64,000 nucleotides of DNA from an uncultured Ignavibacteria bacterium (GTDB taxonomy: Bacteria; Zixibacteria; MSB-5A5; JAABVY01), in NCBI GenBank assembly GCA_964627935.1, contig CAZVLB010000007.1, positions 98,457-162,456 of the forward strand, read 5' to 3'. Shown here one piece after another: positions 30,392 to 40,285 of this stretch (position 1 is the stretch's first letter; each line of letters opens with the position of its first letter). The notes below the pieces were generated by a model. It made no database searches. It was not told the DNA's origin and was given only the letters and a program-made list of their open reading frames with translations. The translations under genes were made by a program, and so were the position numbers.

Positions 30392-30976
30392 ATGGCCATA
30401 GACAGATCCAAAGCAATTTCTGATTTTTCAAAACTGCGTGTATCGGGCAATGAAAACGGCCTGATTCCGGCTTTCGGTGTCCTGGTCAATAATCTGCCGT
30501 CAGATTTCTGGAATACATTCTCGGAAAAGATTCTCCAGGCCGCCGACGATGACCTGTTTGACGCAGCCGAGGGCCTTTTGGAACATGCTGCAGCAGAATG
30601 CGGCTATCATACCGGGCACGGAATCATGACCTCGGAGGAATTCGATGCGGTAATCGGGCCCATGATAGAAAAAAAGCCCGAGGATATAATGCATGGGGTC
30701 TATGCCGTATTCAGCGCCTGGGGCTGGGCCAATTTCGAAATAGTCGAAATCGATTCGGGTAAGAGGATGGTTGTGCGGGCCTATGATTATTATGAAGCTG
30801 ATGTCGAACATCCCAAAAAACACTTTGCCTATATGATTCGCGGTATTTCTCGTGCCCTCATGGATCTTATCTACAGCGATGAATATCCGCATGGTATGGG
30901 GAAATTCAAATGTGTGCAGACAAAAGGAATTGAAATGGGTGATGATTACGGGGAATTCGTAGTTACGCCCGTATAG
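30392..30976 (+). CDS. Hypothetical protein, tentatively V4R-like; paired with the preceding ORF.
   Basis: AAECGYHTGHG and the C-terminal GKFKCVQTKGIEMGDDYGEFVVTP resemble a V4R C-terminal motif. It starts 15 nt after the previous stop. The family assignment is unverified. Confidence 0.45.
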   Translation: MAIDRSKAISDFSKLRVSGNENGLIPAFGVLVNNLPSDFWNTFSEKILQAADDDLFDAAEGLLEHAAAECGYHTGHGIMTSEEFDAVIGPMIEKKPEDIMHGVYAVFSAWGWANFEIVEIDSGKRMVVRAYDYYEADVEHPKKHFAYMIRGISRALMDLIYSDEYPHGMGKFKCVQTKGIEMGDDYGEFVVTPV

Positions 30977-31013
30977 TCGAGCAAAAATCAGGATGACAAA
31001 TAGAATTTATGTG

Positions 31014-31045
31014 ACCCGCCTGGCTGACAGGCGGGTTTTGTTTTG
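31014..31045. terminator. Bidirectional terminator between the V4R-like pair (+) and the ABC exporter (-).
   Basis: The stem acccgcctg-gctga-caggcgggt is followed by tttgttttg. Confidence 0.65.
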
Positions 31046-31047
31046 CC

Positions 31048-32838
31048 CTAAACCGCCGCGGGAAGCTCCTGGTCCTTGTATTGTAATTGATACAGGTTAT
31101 AGTAGATGCCCTTTTTGGCAAGAAGCTCTTCATGGCTTCCGATTTCGCGGATTTCTCCTTTGTGAACCACAACGATCTTGTCGACCTGCTTGATGGTCGA
31201 CAAACGATGAGCAATAATAATGGAAGTGCGCCCCTCCATCAATTTTTCGGTCGCCTGCTGAATAATCAGTTCAGTTTCGGTATCAACTGAGGATGTTGCC
31301 TCATCCAGAATCAATATTTTTGGGTCATAAGCAAGTGCCCTGGCAAACGACACAAGTTGCCTCTGGCCCACTGACAGAAGCCCGCCCCGTTCACCCACCA
31401 TGGTTTTCAGGCCATTCGCGAGCCCGGCGCCAACATGAGTCAGGTTGACATCATTGGCCGATTTCGTGATCTTTTCATCGCTGATCGAATCATTGCCGAG
31501 ACGAATATTCTTCGCTATATCACCGGAAAACAGGAACACATCCTGAAGTACCAATGAAATGCTCTTTCGGATTTCATTCGCACTCTGCTTTTTGATATCA
31601 ACTCCGGCCAGAAGCACTTCACCTTTCTGGTAATCATAGAAACGCAGTATCAGGTTGGTCAATGTCGTCTTGCCGGAACCGGTGGCCCCCACAAACGCCA
31701 CTTTCTCGCCGGCGCCGATATGCAGGCTGATATCCTTGAGAATCCATTCTTCATCATTATATGCAAACCAGACATTCTTGAACTCGATCTCGCCCCTGAA
31801 TTTCTCCGGGATCAGCGGTTTTTCGGGATCGGCAAATGACGGTTTGGTATCCAGAAGTTTAAACAGGCGCTCCGATGATGCCATGGCCGATTGAAGGATA
31901 TTATATTTTTCTGAAAGATCCCTGATCGGCCGGTAAAACATCTCCATATACTGCGAAAATGCCACCAGCGTGCCGAATGTCAACGCGCCCTGAATTACCT
32001 GCCCGCCTCCATACCAGATAATAATACCAAGCGATATTGCACTGATAACCTCAATGGTCGGGAAGAACACTGCGAAGTAAAGAATCGATTTCTGATGACG
32101 ATTCTTGAGCTCATGGTTGATCTGATTGAATTCATCGAAAACTTTCTTTTCGCGTCCGAAATACTGCACAATCGACATGCCAGAGATATGCTCCTGAACA
32201 TAGGCATTGAGCTTGGCAATCAGTCGCCGAATCTCGCGATAAGCATGACGAACCTTGACCTTGAATATTATTGTGGCACCAAAAAGAAACGGCAAAACTA
32301 TCAACGATATCAGGGCCAGCTTGGCATTTATAACCAGCATCACCCCTACAATACCGAAGATCGTTAATATATCTCCAAGTATCGTAACAACACCCGAACT
32401 GAACAGCTCATTTAAGGCGTTAATATCCGAGGTCACACGAGTCAGGATACGTCCGGCCGGATTGCGGTCATAGAAACCCATCGACAGATTCTGGATATGC
32501 GAAAATGTCTCCATGCGTAAATCGTAAATGGCCTTCTGGCCAATCCATTCCATCAGGTATATCTGACCCCAGGTGGAGAAGAACTGCACCACCAGTATGG
32601 CGGCATAGAGCATTACCAGCCGTCCCAGGCCGTCAACATCACCGGCCGAGATATATTTATCAATCGCGGTCTTGATCACGATTGGCCCGGCAAGTTGCAG
32701 AAGCGAGGCTATGGTCATGACTACCAGCGCCACCACGAGCCAGAATTTGTACGGCCCCAGATAACGCAGCAGACGTTTTACCAGCCGCGAATCATAGGCC
32801 TTGCCCAGGCTGTCATCTTCGAAGTATTCGCGTTTCAT
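31048..32838 (-). CDS. ABC exporter subunit (fused TMD-NBD, MsbA/MdlB-like), second gene of a heterodimeric pair.
   Basis: It has 6 TM helices. Walker A is GATGSGKTT. The signature is LSVGQRQLVSFARAL. Walker B is ILILDEATSSVD. Confidence 0.85.
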   Translation of the reverse strand: MKREYFEDDSLGKAYDSRLVKRLLRYLGPYKFWLVVALVVMTIASLLQLAGPIVIKTAIDKYISAGDVDGLGRLVMLYAAILVVQFFSTWGQIYLMEWIGQKAIYDLRMETFSHIQNLSMGFYDRNPAGRILTRVTSDINALNELFSSGVVTILGDILTIFGIVGVMLVINAKLALISLIVLPFLFGATIIFKVKVRHAYREIRRLIAKLNAYVQEHISGMSIVQYFGREKKVFDEFNQINHELKNRHQKSILYFAVFFPTIEVISAISLGIIIWYGGGQVIQGALTFGTLVAFSQYMEMFYRPIRDLSEKYNILQSAMASSERLFKLLDTKPSFADPEKPLIPEKFRGEIEFKNVWFAYNDEEWILKDISLHIGAGEKVAFVGATGSGKTTLTNLILRFYDYQKGEVLLAGVDIKKQSANEIRKSISLVLQDVFLFSGDIAKNIRLGNDSISDEKITKSANDVNLTHVGAGLANGLKTMVGERGGLLSVGQRQLVSFARALAYDPKILILDEATSSVDTETELIIQQATEKLMEGRTSIIIAHRLSTIKQVDKIVVVHKGEIREIGSHEELLAKKGIYYNLYQLQYKDQELPAAV

Positions 32839-34599
32839 CTAGATACTCTCCAGCTCCTCTTCCAGTGACTGCAATTCAACAATATGGGCATACAGTTCGG
32901 AGCTTTTCAGGAGCTCATCATGACTTCCGCGGTCAATAATTTTGCCATCCTCCATAACGCAGATTATATCCGCATTCTTGATCGTCGAAATCCTGTGTGA
33001 AATCAAAATTGATGTTTTTGTTTCCAGCACATTACCGATACGCGAGAGGATGATCTCCTCGGTGTTTGTGTCAACCGCTGAAAAAGCGTCATCGAGGATC
33101 AGTATTGGCGGATTTTTGGCCAATGCCCGGGCCAGCGACATACGCTGTTTCTGGCCGCCCGACAGTGTCATCCCGCGTTCGCCGATAATCGTGTCAAAAC
33201 CGCGCGGGAATTCCTCGACCTCATCTTTTATCCCCGCGGTTTCAGCCGCCTTGAGGATCTCGGCTTCTTTTATATGCTCAACGCCGAAGGCGATGTTTTC
33301 CTTCAATGAGCGCGAGAAAAGAAACGAATCCTGGGGCACATAACCGATAGACCTGCGCAGGTTATTGAGCGGAATCTTGTTGATATCGATTTTGTCCATG
33401 AAAATCTGGCCGTCGGGAATCTTGAATGTCCTCAATATCAAACTGACCAATGTCGATTTACCGCATCCGGTCGGCCCCACTATCGCCATTGTCTTACCTA
33501 AGGGAAGATGCAGGTTGATGTCTTTCAATACCGGGCGATCCGTTCCGGGATATGCAAAGGACAGGTTTTTAATCTCGACTTCGCCCGTGGTCGGTTGAAT
33601 ATCTGCCGTAACATTGGTATCCTCGACTTCCGATTGCCGTTCCATGATTCCTTCAATTCTTTTCAATGATGCCGTACCGCGCTGGTACAAGGACACCACC
33701 CATCCCACCGCCAGCATGGGCCAGATCAGGTTCATCAGGTAGAATATGAATGCCACCAGCGTGCCCAGGGTAATCGTACCGGATATCACCTGTCGGCCGC
33801 CAAAATAGATCAACAGAAGTATCATGATTCCCACGATGGCATAAATCGAGGGCAAAAACACGCCGCGTGTTTTGGCCAGGCTGAGGTTAAGATCGATATA
33901 TGTTTGATTCAGGTCGGCAAACTGCTCGGTCTGATCTTTTTGCTGATTATAAGATTTTATCACTTTGACACCGGAGATATTTTCCTGCACAAAAGTTGAC
34001 ATGGTGGAGAAATGCTCCTGTATTTTGAAAAACTTCTTGTGAATTTGCATCCCCAGACGATTCATCAGGAGCGATAAAATCGGCAACGCGGCCAGTGATA
34101 TCAGGGTCAGCTTCCAGCTCAACACAAACATCAACGTCAATGCCACAGTCATGGAAACGAATGAATTCATGATCTGCATCACTGCCGGCCCGGCCAGAAG
34201 ACGGATCGCTTCGACATCATTGGATCCGCGGGCAATAATATCGCCGGTATTGGTTTCCTGGTAGAACGAGCGCGGCATCTTCAACAAATGCTCGAAGAAT
34301 TCATTGCGTGTCTCATACTCGAAAATCCGTGAGCCCCAGATAATGGTCCGGCGCATGAAGAATCTGAAGACACCGGCTGCCACAGCCAGCCCCACAATCA
34401 GCATGGCATAATAGCGCAGTTCATCGCCGGTGGCAGTACCCTCCTTGAGCGAATCGATGGCGACTTTAACCACCCAGGGGGAAATCATCCCCAGAACATT
34501 GGTGGCAATCGTGACCAGGATGCCCCAGATCAGGTATCTTTTATAATTCCTGAAGTACCGTATCAGACGGTGTAATTTTGACTTAAAATTCATAAACAT
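32839..34599 (-). CDS. ABC exporter subunit (fused TMD-NBD), first gene of the heterodimeric pair.
   Basis: Walker A is GPTGCGKST. The signature is LSGGQKQRMSLARAL. Walker B is ILILDDAFSAVD. Its stop abuts the partner start, so there is no gap. Confidence 0.85.
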   Translation of the reverse strand: MFMNFKSKLHRLIRYFRNYKRYLIWGILVTIATNVLGMISPWVVKVAIDSLKEGTATGDELRYYAMLIVGLAVAAGVFRFFMRRTIIWGSRIFEYETRNEFFEHLLKMPRSFYQETNTGDIIARGSNDVEAIRLLAGPAVMQIMNSFVSMTVALTLMFVLSWKLTLISLAALPILSLLMNRLGMQIHKKFFKIQEHFSTMSTFVQENISGVKVIKSYNQQKDQTEQFADLNQTYIDLNLSLAKTRGVFLPSIYAIVGIMILLLIYFGGRQVISGTITLGTLVAFIFYLMNLIWPMLAVGWVVSLYQRGTASLKRIEGIMERQSEVEDTNVTADIQPTTGEVEIKNLSFAYPGTDRPVLKDINLHLPLGKTMAIVGPTGCGKSTLVSLILRTFKIPDGQIFMDKIDINKIPLNNLRRSIGYVPQDSFLFSRSLKENIAFGVEHIKEAEILKAAETAGIKDEVEEFPRGFDTIIGERGMTLSGGQKQRMSLARALAKNPPILILDDAFSAVDTNTEEIILSRIGNVLETKTSILISHRISTIKNADIICVMEDGKIIDRGSHDELLKSSELYAHIVELQSLEEELESI

Positions 34600-34707
34600 A
34601 AAACATCAAGAATGCTAACAGCAAAGACCCTGTTCAGTTCCCCAAATTAGGCCTTTACAGGCCAAGGGCCGTAAACTATCCTGTATATATAGCTTTCAGG
34701 ATTATAT

Positions 34708-35193
34708 ATGTCAATTGAGGAGTTAGAGGTCAAATTTGCGGCCGATGATATGGTCGGCGCGCTGGCACGTTTCCTGCGCATGCTTGGCTATGATACTTTC
34801 TATCATCCGCATGTCGATGATCAGGAGCTGATCGACATCTCACTGCGGGATAAACGAAATATCCTAACCCGCGATACGCGTCTGATCGAACGAAAACTGG
34901 TGCGCAAATATATTCTCATAGAATCGGATAATCCTGAACAGCAGCTTATGCAGGTTTTCGAACAACTCGATCTTGATCCTGAACGTGATTGTATGCTGAC
35001 CCGTTGCCTTGAATGTAATCATCCTCTAAAGAAAGTAAACAAAGCGGATATCCGGGGTGAGGTCTGGCCCTATGTTTATGATCATCATGATGATTTCAAG
35101 CGATGTAACTCATGCGGTCGGATATATTGGCAGGGAGATCATGTCCGAGCCATGCTGAAAAGATTTGAGAGAATGGGGATATTCAGAGACTAA
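34708..35193 (+). CDS. Mut7-C RNase-domain (DUF82, PIN-like + Zn-ribbon) protein.
   Basis: GALARFLRMLGYDT matches LGKLARWLRLLGYD of PF01927. The C-terminal Zn ribbon is CLECNHPL...CNSCGRIYWQGDH. Confidence 0.65.
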   Translation: MSIEELEVKFAADDMVGALARFLRMLGYDTFYHPHVDDQELIDISLRDKRNILTRDTRLIERKLVRKYILIESDNPEQQLMQVFEQLDLDPERDCMLTRCLECNHPLKKVNKADIRGEVWPYVYDHHDDFKRCNSCGRIYWQGDHVRAMLKRFERMGIFRD

Positions 35194-35831
35194 AATCCAA
35201 GCGGGATCGATACACCGGCAAAAAGTGAAAGAAACTCGGAGTTAAACGATACAACCTCTTCACCGGAATACTGCTCAAGATCCTGAACTATATCATATTG
35301 TATATTGAAATCGATAGCCACTTTGGCAAAGAAATAGACTTTCAGCCCGCCGTTTAGATTCCATCCGAATTTGGTTTTGCTGTCCAGCGTATTGGAAGCG
35401 ATCACATCATCCTCATCGGTCTTCAGCTCTGTCTTGCTCTCAAAATAGTAGATGCCGATTCCGGCCCCGCCATAGGGTTCGATCGAAGCCAGGCGCCTGG
35501 AAAATTCAACCCCCAGAGTGGCTTTAAGCAGATCATTGGTATAAGTCTCGGTCAATAGATCATCAGGATAGCCCTCGAGCATCACGCGACGGTTGTCATG
35601 CTCGAAAAAAACGCCCTGCACACCGAGCCTGAGACCTAAATAGGGCATAGTGGGAAGATTTAGTGTGCCGAAGCCCATTATAGTAAAACCTGTCTTGGTA
35701 TATTCATTGAACTCACCCTGCGGAATAGTTGCCCCCAGGCCACCCCCCACCGATCCGGAGATCTGTGCGTAAGCGGGTGATGATATGATCAGTACAAGAA
35801 GAATAGCTACAAAAACCTTCTTCACCGGCAT
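35190..35831 (-). CDS. Small outer-membrane beta-barrel protein (OmpW/OMP_b-brl-like).
   Basis: I place the start at ATG 35831 (MPVKKVFVAILLVLIISSPAYAQ signal peptide). Alternating amphipathic strands end in a terminal Phe (...SIPLGF). The ORF-track start at 36020 would overlap the upstream gene by 91 nt. Confidence 0.6.
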   Translation of the reverse strand: MPVKKVFVAILLVLIISSPAYAQISGSVGGGLGATIPQGEFNEYTKTGFTIMGFGTLNLPTMPYLGLRLGVQGVFFEHDNRRVMLEGYPDDLLTETYTNDLLKATLGVEFSRRLASIEPYGGAGIGIYYFESKTELKTDEDDVIASNTLDSKTKFGWNLNGGLKVYFFAKVAIDFNIQYDIVQDLEQYSGEEVVSFNSEFLSLFAGVSIPLGF

Positions 35832-35928
35832 CCTCCATCGAAAACCACGGTCCCAGCTATATTTATCCCTGGCAATTTTAAAAAAATATACTGATCGAGT
35901 CAACCCAAAACAGGCGGGATTTTGTTGG

Positions 35929-36972
35929 TTATTTATGAGTAAATGAGTAGGAAAACGGCTGATCCAGACCAGTGCCGTAACGATCGGTGGCTGTGCTGTC
36001 CACAAAAATCGTATATTCATTGCCTTTGATTATATCATTATCCAGAAAATACATCATGGCATTGTCGAAATACCATTCATGACGACCCGGCAGTTCTCCC
36101 AGCCCGCCACTGAAACTGAATGCCTCCTCCACCGACTGACGATCCATCTTGGTATTGAAACGCACTTGTACGATTGGGCGATCATGCTTGAGCGGAAAAT
36201 CCGGATTGGGAAAATGATAGATAAGTTCGATTTTTCCGGTTCTAAATGTAACCTCTTGGTCGGTTGTGACTGTATTGCCCCATTGATCGAAAATATCCCC
36301 ATCAACAGACACGGTATAGTCAGTTTCTGCACGCAGGGCATCCACGAGCTTATATTCAAAAATAGTGCTCTGCCTCTCGATTTTGCTCAATTCGTATTCA
36401 ACCTGCCCCAGGCCATGCAGAGGACCTGCCATATAAGCCGGATCGATATCGGTATTGAACCTGAGACGAATCCCGGTCGGAAACGCCGCTGCACTGTCGA
36501 CCGGATCGTTAACGGTAGCTAAACTCAGCAAGCGGGCATCCTGCGTGGTAAACTCAAATTCATACTGTCCCGGAAGATAAACAGTATCCTCGGCCAGGAA
36601 GGCTGTGCTGTCGATTGTGCCATGATATGTTGTACCGGGAGTGAATGGCTGATCTGGATAAAGGTATATCTGGTAGTAAATCGGCTGGCAGAGCGAATCT
36701 CCCGGGCTGCAGATCGGAAATGTGGTCCAATGGATTTCATGTTCAAATTGCGGGGTAATAGTCAACGCTTCCTCAACCGACTGATGATTCATCTGTTTGC
36801 GGAACGAGATAATCAGTGGCTGAGTCATATCCACGATCAAGGTATCCGGGCCATGAGAGACACGGCCGATGAATTCATCAAAGGGATCGATTTCGGGCGC
36901 TGTGGGCGAATCACTGCAAGCCATAATCCCGGCCAGAATGATTAAAAATATAATTATGATAAAGTATTTCAT
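35929..36972 (-). CDS. Lipoprotein with three SbsA-Ig-like (Big_5) repeats.
   Basis: The lipobox signal is ILAGIMACSD. Three repeats each end ...F(N/R).(K/D)MD(R/P).SVEEA... (e.g. ISFRKQMNHQSVEEALTITP, VRFNTKMDRQSVEEAFSF), typical of Big_5. Confidence 0.6.
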   Translation of the reverse strand: MKYFIIIIFLIILAGIMACSDSPTAPEIDPFDEFIGRVSHGPDTLIVDMTQPLIISFRKQMNHQSVEEALTITPQFEHEIHWTTFPICSPGDSLCQPIYYQIYLYPDQPFTPGTTYHGTIDSTAFLAEDTVYLPGQYEFEFTTQDARLLSLATVNDPVDSAAAFPTGIRLRFNTDIDPAYMAGPLHGLGQVEYELSKIERQSTIFEYKLVDALRAETDYTVSVDGDIFDQWGNTVTTDQEVTFRTGKIELIYHFPNPDFPLKHDRPIVQVRFNTKMDRQSVEEAFSFSGGLGELPGRHEWYFDNAMMYFLDNDIIKGNEYTIFVDSTATDRYGTGLDQPFSYSFTHK

Positions 36973-37069
36973 AGTGTTTGATTAAAAGATATAGCTTTCC
37001 CCAGTATATACAAGAGATAAATCCCCTTTGATTGATTGAAAATATGATTGATTCCGCGATCTATGGATT

Positions 37070-37768
37070 TTAATGATTGCCGTTGCCGTTTTCCAGCGAA
37101 TCGACCACCAGGCCATCCTTGATTTTAACCACCCGGTTGGTGCGCTTGGCGATATTCTGATCATGCGTGATCATCAGGACAGTACTGCCCGACTGCCACA
37201 GCTCATCAAACAGATCTATAATCCCGCGGCCGGATTTTGAATCAAGATTGCCTGTCGGCTCATCGGCCAGGATCAGTCTCGGACGGTTGGCCAGCGCACG
37301 GGCTATGGCAACACGCTGCATCTCGCCGCCAGATAACTCGGTGGGACGATGATCCATGCGATCACCCAGCCCGACACGGTCGAGAAGCTCGGCCGCGGTT
37401 TCGCGACGTTTTTTTGTGGGGACATTGCCGAATATCATCGGAAGCTCAACATTTTCGAATGCGGTAGCATAGGGAAGCAGGTTAAAGTTCTGGAACACAA
37501 AGCCGATCTTACGATTACGTATTTCGGCCAGCTCTCCCGGCTCGAGGGTTTCGACCCGTTCGCCATCCAGGATATATTCACCCGCGCTCGGTACATCAAG
37601 GCATCCCGCAATATTCATCAAAGTCGACTTACCCGATCCGGAGGGACCCACGAGTGAAACGAATTCTCCGGCCTTAATATCCAGGTCAACACCCTTCAGG
37701 GCCTTCACTTTCACCGCGCCGGTGTTGTATACCTTGATGATCTGATTCATTTTAATCATGCTTTGCAT
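37070..37768 (-). CDS. ABC transporter ATP-binding protein (MacB/LolD/DevA-type).
   Basis: Walker A is GPSGSGKST. The signature is [15 protein letters not shown]. Walker B is [18 protein letters not shown] lies 8 nt upstream of the ATG. Confidence 0.85.
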   Translation of the reverse strand: MQSMIKMNQIIKVYNTGAVKVKALKGVDLDIKAGEFVSLVGPSGSGKSTLMNIAGCLDVPSAGEYILDGERVETLEPGELAEIRNRKIGFVFQNFNLLPYATAFENVELPMIFGNVPTKKRRETAAELLDRVGLGDRMDHRPTELSGGEMQRVAIARALANRPRLILADEPTGNLDSKSGRGIIDLFDELWQSGSTVLMITHDQNIAKRTNRVVKIKDGLVVDSLENGNGNH

Positions 37769-37780
37769 TTTTCTTACCTC

Positions 37781-39043
37781 TTATTCATAACGGAGTGATT
37801 CGACCGGATTAACCGAGGCCGCCTTACGTGACGGGAAGAATCCCGACACCAGTCCGATCAGACCGAGTATCGTTGCCGTAACAATTGCAATAGTTGCCGA
37901 AATCTGCGGCTTGCCGAGCCATTGCAGGGCCTCATTGGAGAATTCAACCGAACCGATCGCACGGGTCAGCCCGAATGACAACGATATCCCAAGCAGCCCG
38001 CCGATTGCCGCAATCAACAATGCTTCCAGCATAAACTGCATCATCACCTGATACTGCTTGGCGCCCAATGCCATCTTGATACCGATTTCGGTAGTACGCT
38101 CCTTAACAGCCACATACATGATATTGGCTACACCCACGCCGGCCACCAGTAATGTCAATCCGCCGATCAGTCCGAAGAAGATTTGCATACCAAGCATAAC
38201 ATTGCTCATGGTCTTGACATTCTCGATGAAATTCCAGACATGAATTGTCGATTCATCCTTCGGATCAAACTGATACCTGGCCCCCAGCTCCGCCGCAATG
38301 CGCTTTTCCACAAACTCCGTGCGATCCAGCTCATACGGTTTTACCACCATATTATTCAGATAGCGATGCCCCCAGATGCCCTCGAATGTTGTGGCCGGGA
38401 TTACCGCACGGTTCCAGTCCGGGCCGGAATACATGCCCATCTGCATCTTCTTCTTGAGCACTCCGATCACTGTAAAACGATTGCGGTTAATTTCAACCGT
38501 TTTGCCGACTATCTCCTCGCGTGGGGTATCCTTGCCGAAAATATCATCAGCCAGTTCATTGCCCAAAAATACCACCCGGCGCTTTAGTTCCATGTCCTTC
38601 TTGTTGATAAAGCGTCCGCCCATCTCCGGAATCATGTTGCGCATCTTTTCATATTGGGGATAGACACCGTTGACCATACGGCTGAAGAGCTTGTTGCCGG
38701 TGCCGACCGACTGCCCCCAGCGCGTGTATTCTCCGCCGATCATCTCGATTTCCGGAATGCGATTTTTCAGATATTCGACATCATCCCGCTCAAATCGAAT
38801 CGGTCTTCCACGCGGCAAGCCTTTGTATGGCATACTGGTCTGACCGCCCCAGATAATCATGATACCCTCGCCCATGCCTTTCTGGTTAACCGCTAATTGC
38901 GAACGCAGGCCCTCACCGAATGCCAGCAGCATTGTAATCGACATGGTACCCCAGATGATACCCAGAATTGTCAGGGACATCCTCTTTTTCTGCGCCCTGA
39001 GTTCGCGCAGAAACATTTTGAATACAAGAACTACATTGAACAT
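37781..39043 (-). CDS. FtsX-family ABC permease (MacB_PCD + FtsX), permease 2.
   Basis: An N-terminal TM helix, a large periplasmic domain and the C-terminal 3-TM FtsX bundle (IGIKMALGAKQYQVMMQFMLEALL) are present. Confidence 0.8.
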   Translation of the reverse strand: MFNVVLVFKMFLRELRAQKKRMSLTILGIIWGTMSITMLLAFGEGLRSQLAVNQKGMGEGIMIIWGGQTSMPYKGLPRGRPIRFERDDVEYLKNRIPEIEMIGGEYTRWGQSVGTGNKLFSRMVNGVYPQYEKMRNMIPEMGGRFINKKDMELKRRVVFLGNELADDIFGKDTPREEIVGKTVEINRNRFTVIGVLKKKMQMGMYSGPDWNRAVIPATTFEGIWGHRYLNNMVVKPYELDRTEFVEKRIAAELGARYQFDPKDESTIHVWNFIENVKTMSNVMLGMQIFFGLIGGLTLLVAGVGVANIMYVAVKERTTEIGIKMALGAKQYQVMMQFMLEALLIAAIGGLLGISLSFGLTRAIGSVEFSNEALQWLGKPQISATIAIVTATILGLIGLVSGFFPSRKAASVNPVESLRYE

Positions 39044-39049
39044 AACTAT

Positions 39050-40285
39050 CTACATCATCTTCAGGGCCGTTACCGGGTTCATTGTTGCCGCGCGACGGGC
39101 CGGGAAATAGCCGGACAGAATCGCGATAATCAGGAGAGCGCCGATAGTACCCATGCTCACAAATGGCGAAACCTGTGGAATGCCCACATATTCCTCCAGA
39201 TCCAGCCTGCTGAAGATATTGACTATCGCATAGGCGAATAAATAGCCCATTATGCCGCCGAAAAATGTCAGGAATAATGTCTCGAATAAAAACTGGCGCA
39301 TGATAAATCCGCCCTTGGCCCCCAATGCCATCTTCAGGCCGATCTCACGGGTGCGTTCCTCAACTACAACATACATGATATTGGCCACGCCGATGCCGCC
39401 CACAATCAATGTTGCCACTGAGATTACATACAGGAAAATCCGAAATCCCCAGAAGAAATATGTAAAGAACTCCTTATTCTCGGTGGTATCCCACATCATC
39501 AGGGCCTGTTTATCGGATGGATCAAAACCATGTATGCGCCCCATGATTTCGTAGTATTTTTGCTTGGCTATGGGGTGAACCTCTGTCGAGGCGGCTTTAT
39601 AAACCACATTGTCGACATAATTCTGGCCATACAGGGCCACAAAAGTTGTCGATGGTATCACCATTTTGCGGCTGTCGCGGCTATTGTATGATGAATCCTG
39701 TTGTTTCTCTTTTAAGACTCCAATCACTGTGAAGGGCATGCCGGAAACCTGAATAACTTCACCGACCGGATTCTGATTCTCGCCGAAAATCTGTTCGGCC
39801 AGTTCATTACCGATAAACACAACCCGCCTTTTCTGTTCCATATCATTGCGGTTGATAAAACGTCCCCCCATTTCCGGGATAATGTTGCGCATATCGGCAA
39901 ACTCCGGCCAGACACCGACAATCGGGGCCACCAGCCGCTTCTTTTCCCACACCACCGGCTTGTTCCATTCGGTATATTCAGGAGAGATGTATTCAATTTC
40001 CGGTATCTGCCTTTTCAGCTCATAGACATTTTCGACCCGTTGACGAATGTATCTTCCACGCGGCAGTCCTTCGAATGATTTTGAGGTTCTTCCACCCCAC
40101 ACGATCACGATATCCTCGCCCAGTCCCTTGAAGGCCTTTTCCTGATTGGCATGAATACCGTAGCCAAATGCGCCCAGGAGAATTACCGCGGCAGTGCCCC
40201 AGAATATTCCAAACAGAGTCAGCATTGTACGTAGCTTCTGCCCGCGCATATCGCGCAGAATCTGCTTGATAAACATCAGGTTCAT
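39050..40285 (-). CDS. FtsX-family ABC permease, permease 1 (paralogue of the downstream gene).
   Basis: It has the same architecture (IGLKMALGAKGGFIMRQFLFETLF). It overlaps the MFP gene by 1 nt (ATGA). Confidence 0.8.
   Translation of the reverse strand: MNLMFIKQILRDMRGQKLRTMLTLFGIFWGTAAVILLGAFGYGIHANQEKAFKGLGEDIVIVWGGRTSKSFEGLPRGRYIRQRVENVYELKRQIPEIEYISPEYTEWNKPVVWEKKRLVAPIVGVWPEFADMRNIIPEMGGRFINRNDMEQKRRVVFIGNELAEQIFGENQNPVGEVIQVSGMPFTVIGVLKEKQQDSSYNSRDSRKMVIPSTTFVALYGQNYVDNVVYKAASTEVHPIAKQKYYEIMGRIHGFDPSDKQALMMWDTTENKEFFTYFFWGFRIFLYVISVATLIVGGIGVANIMYVVVEERTREIGLKMALGAKGGFIMRQFLFETLFLTFFGGIMGYLFAYAIVNIFSRLDLEEYVGIPQVSPFVSMGTIGALLIIAILSGYFPARRAATMNPVTALKMM

Noticed and set aside
35832-36020. 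N-terminal extension of the small OMP ORF.
   Set aside because: It would overlap the upstream gene end (35929) by 91 nt. The signal peptide starts at MPVKK (35831).
36079-36522. 147-aa + strand ORF overlapping the Big_5 lipoprotein gene.
   Set aside because: The opposite-strand ORF has a signal peptide/lipobox and three recognisable Ig-like repeats.
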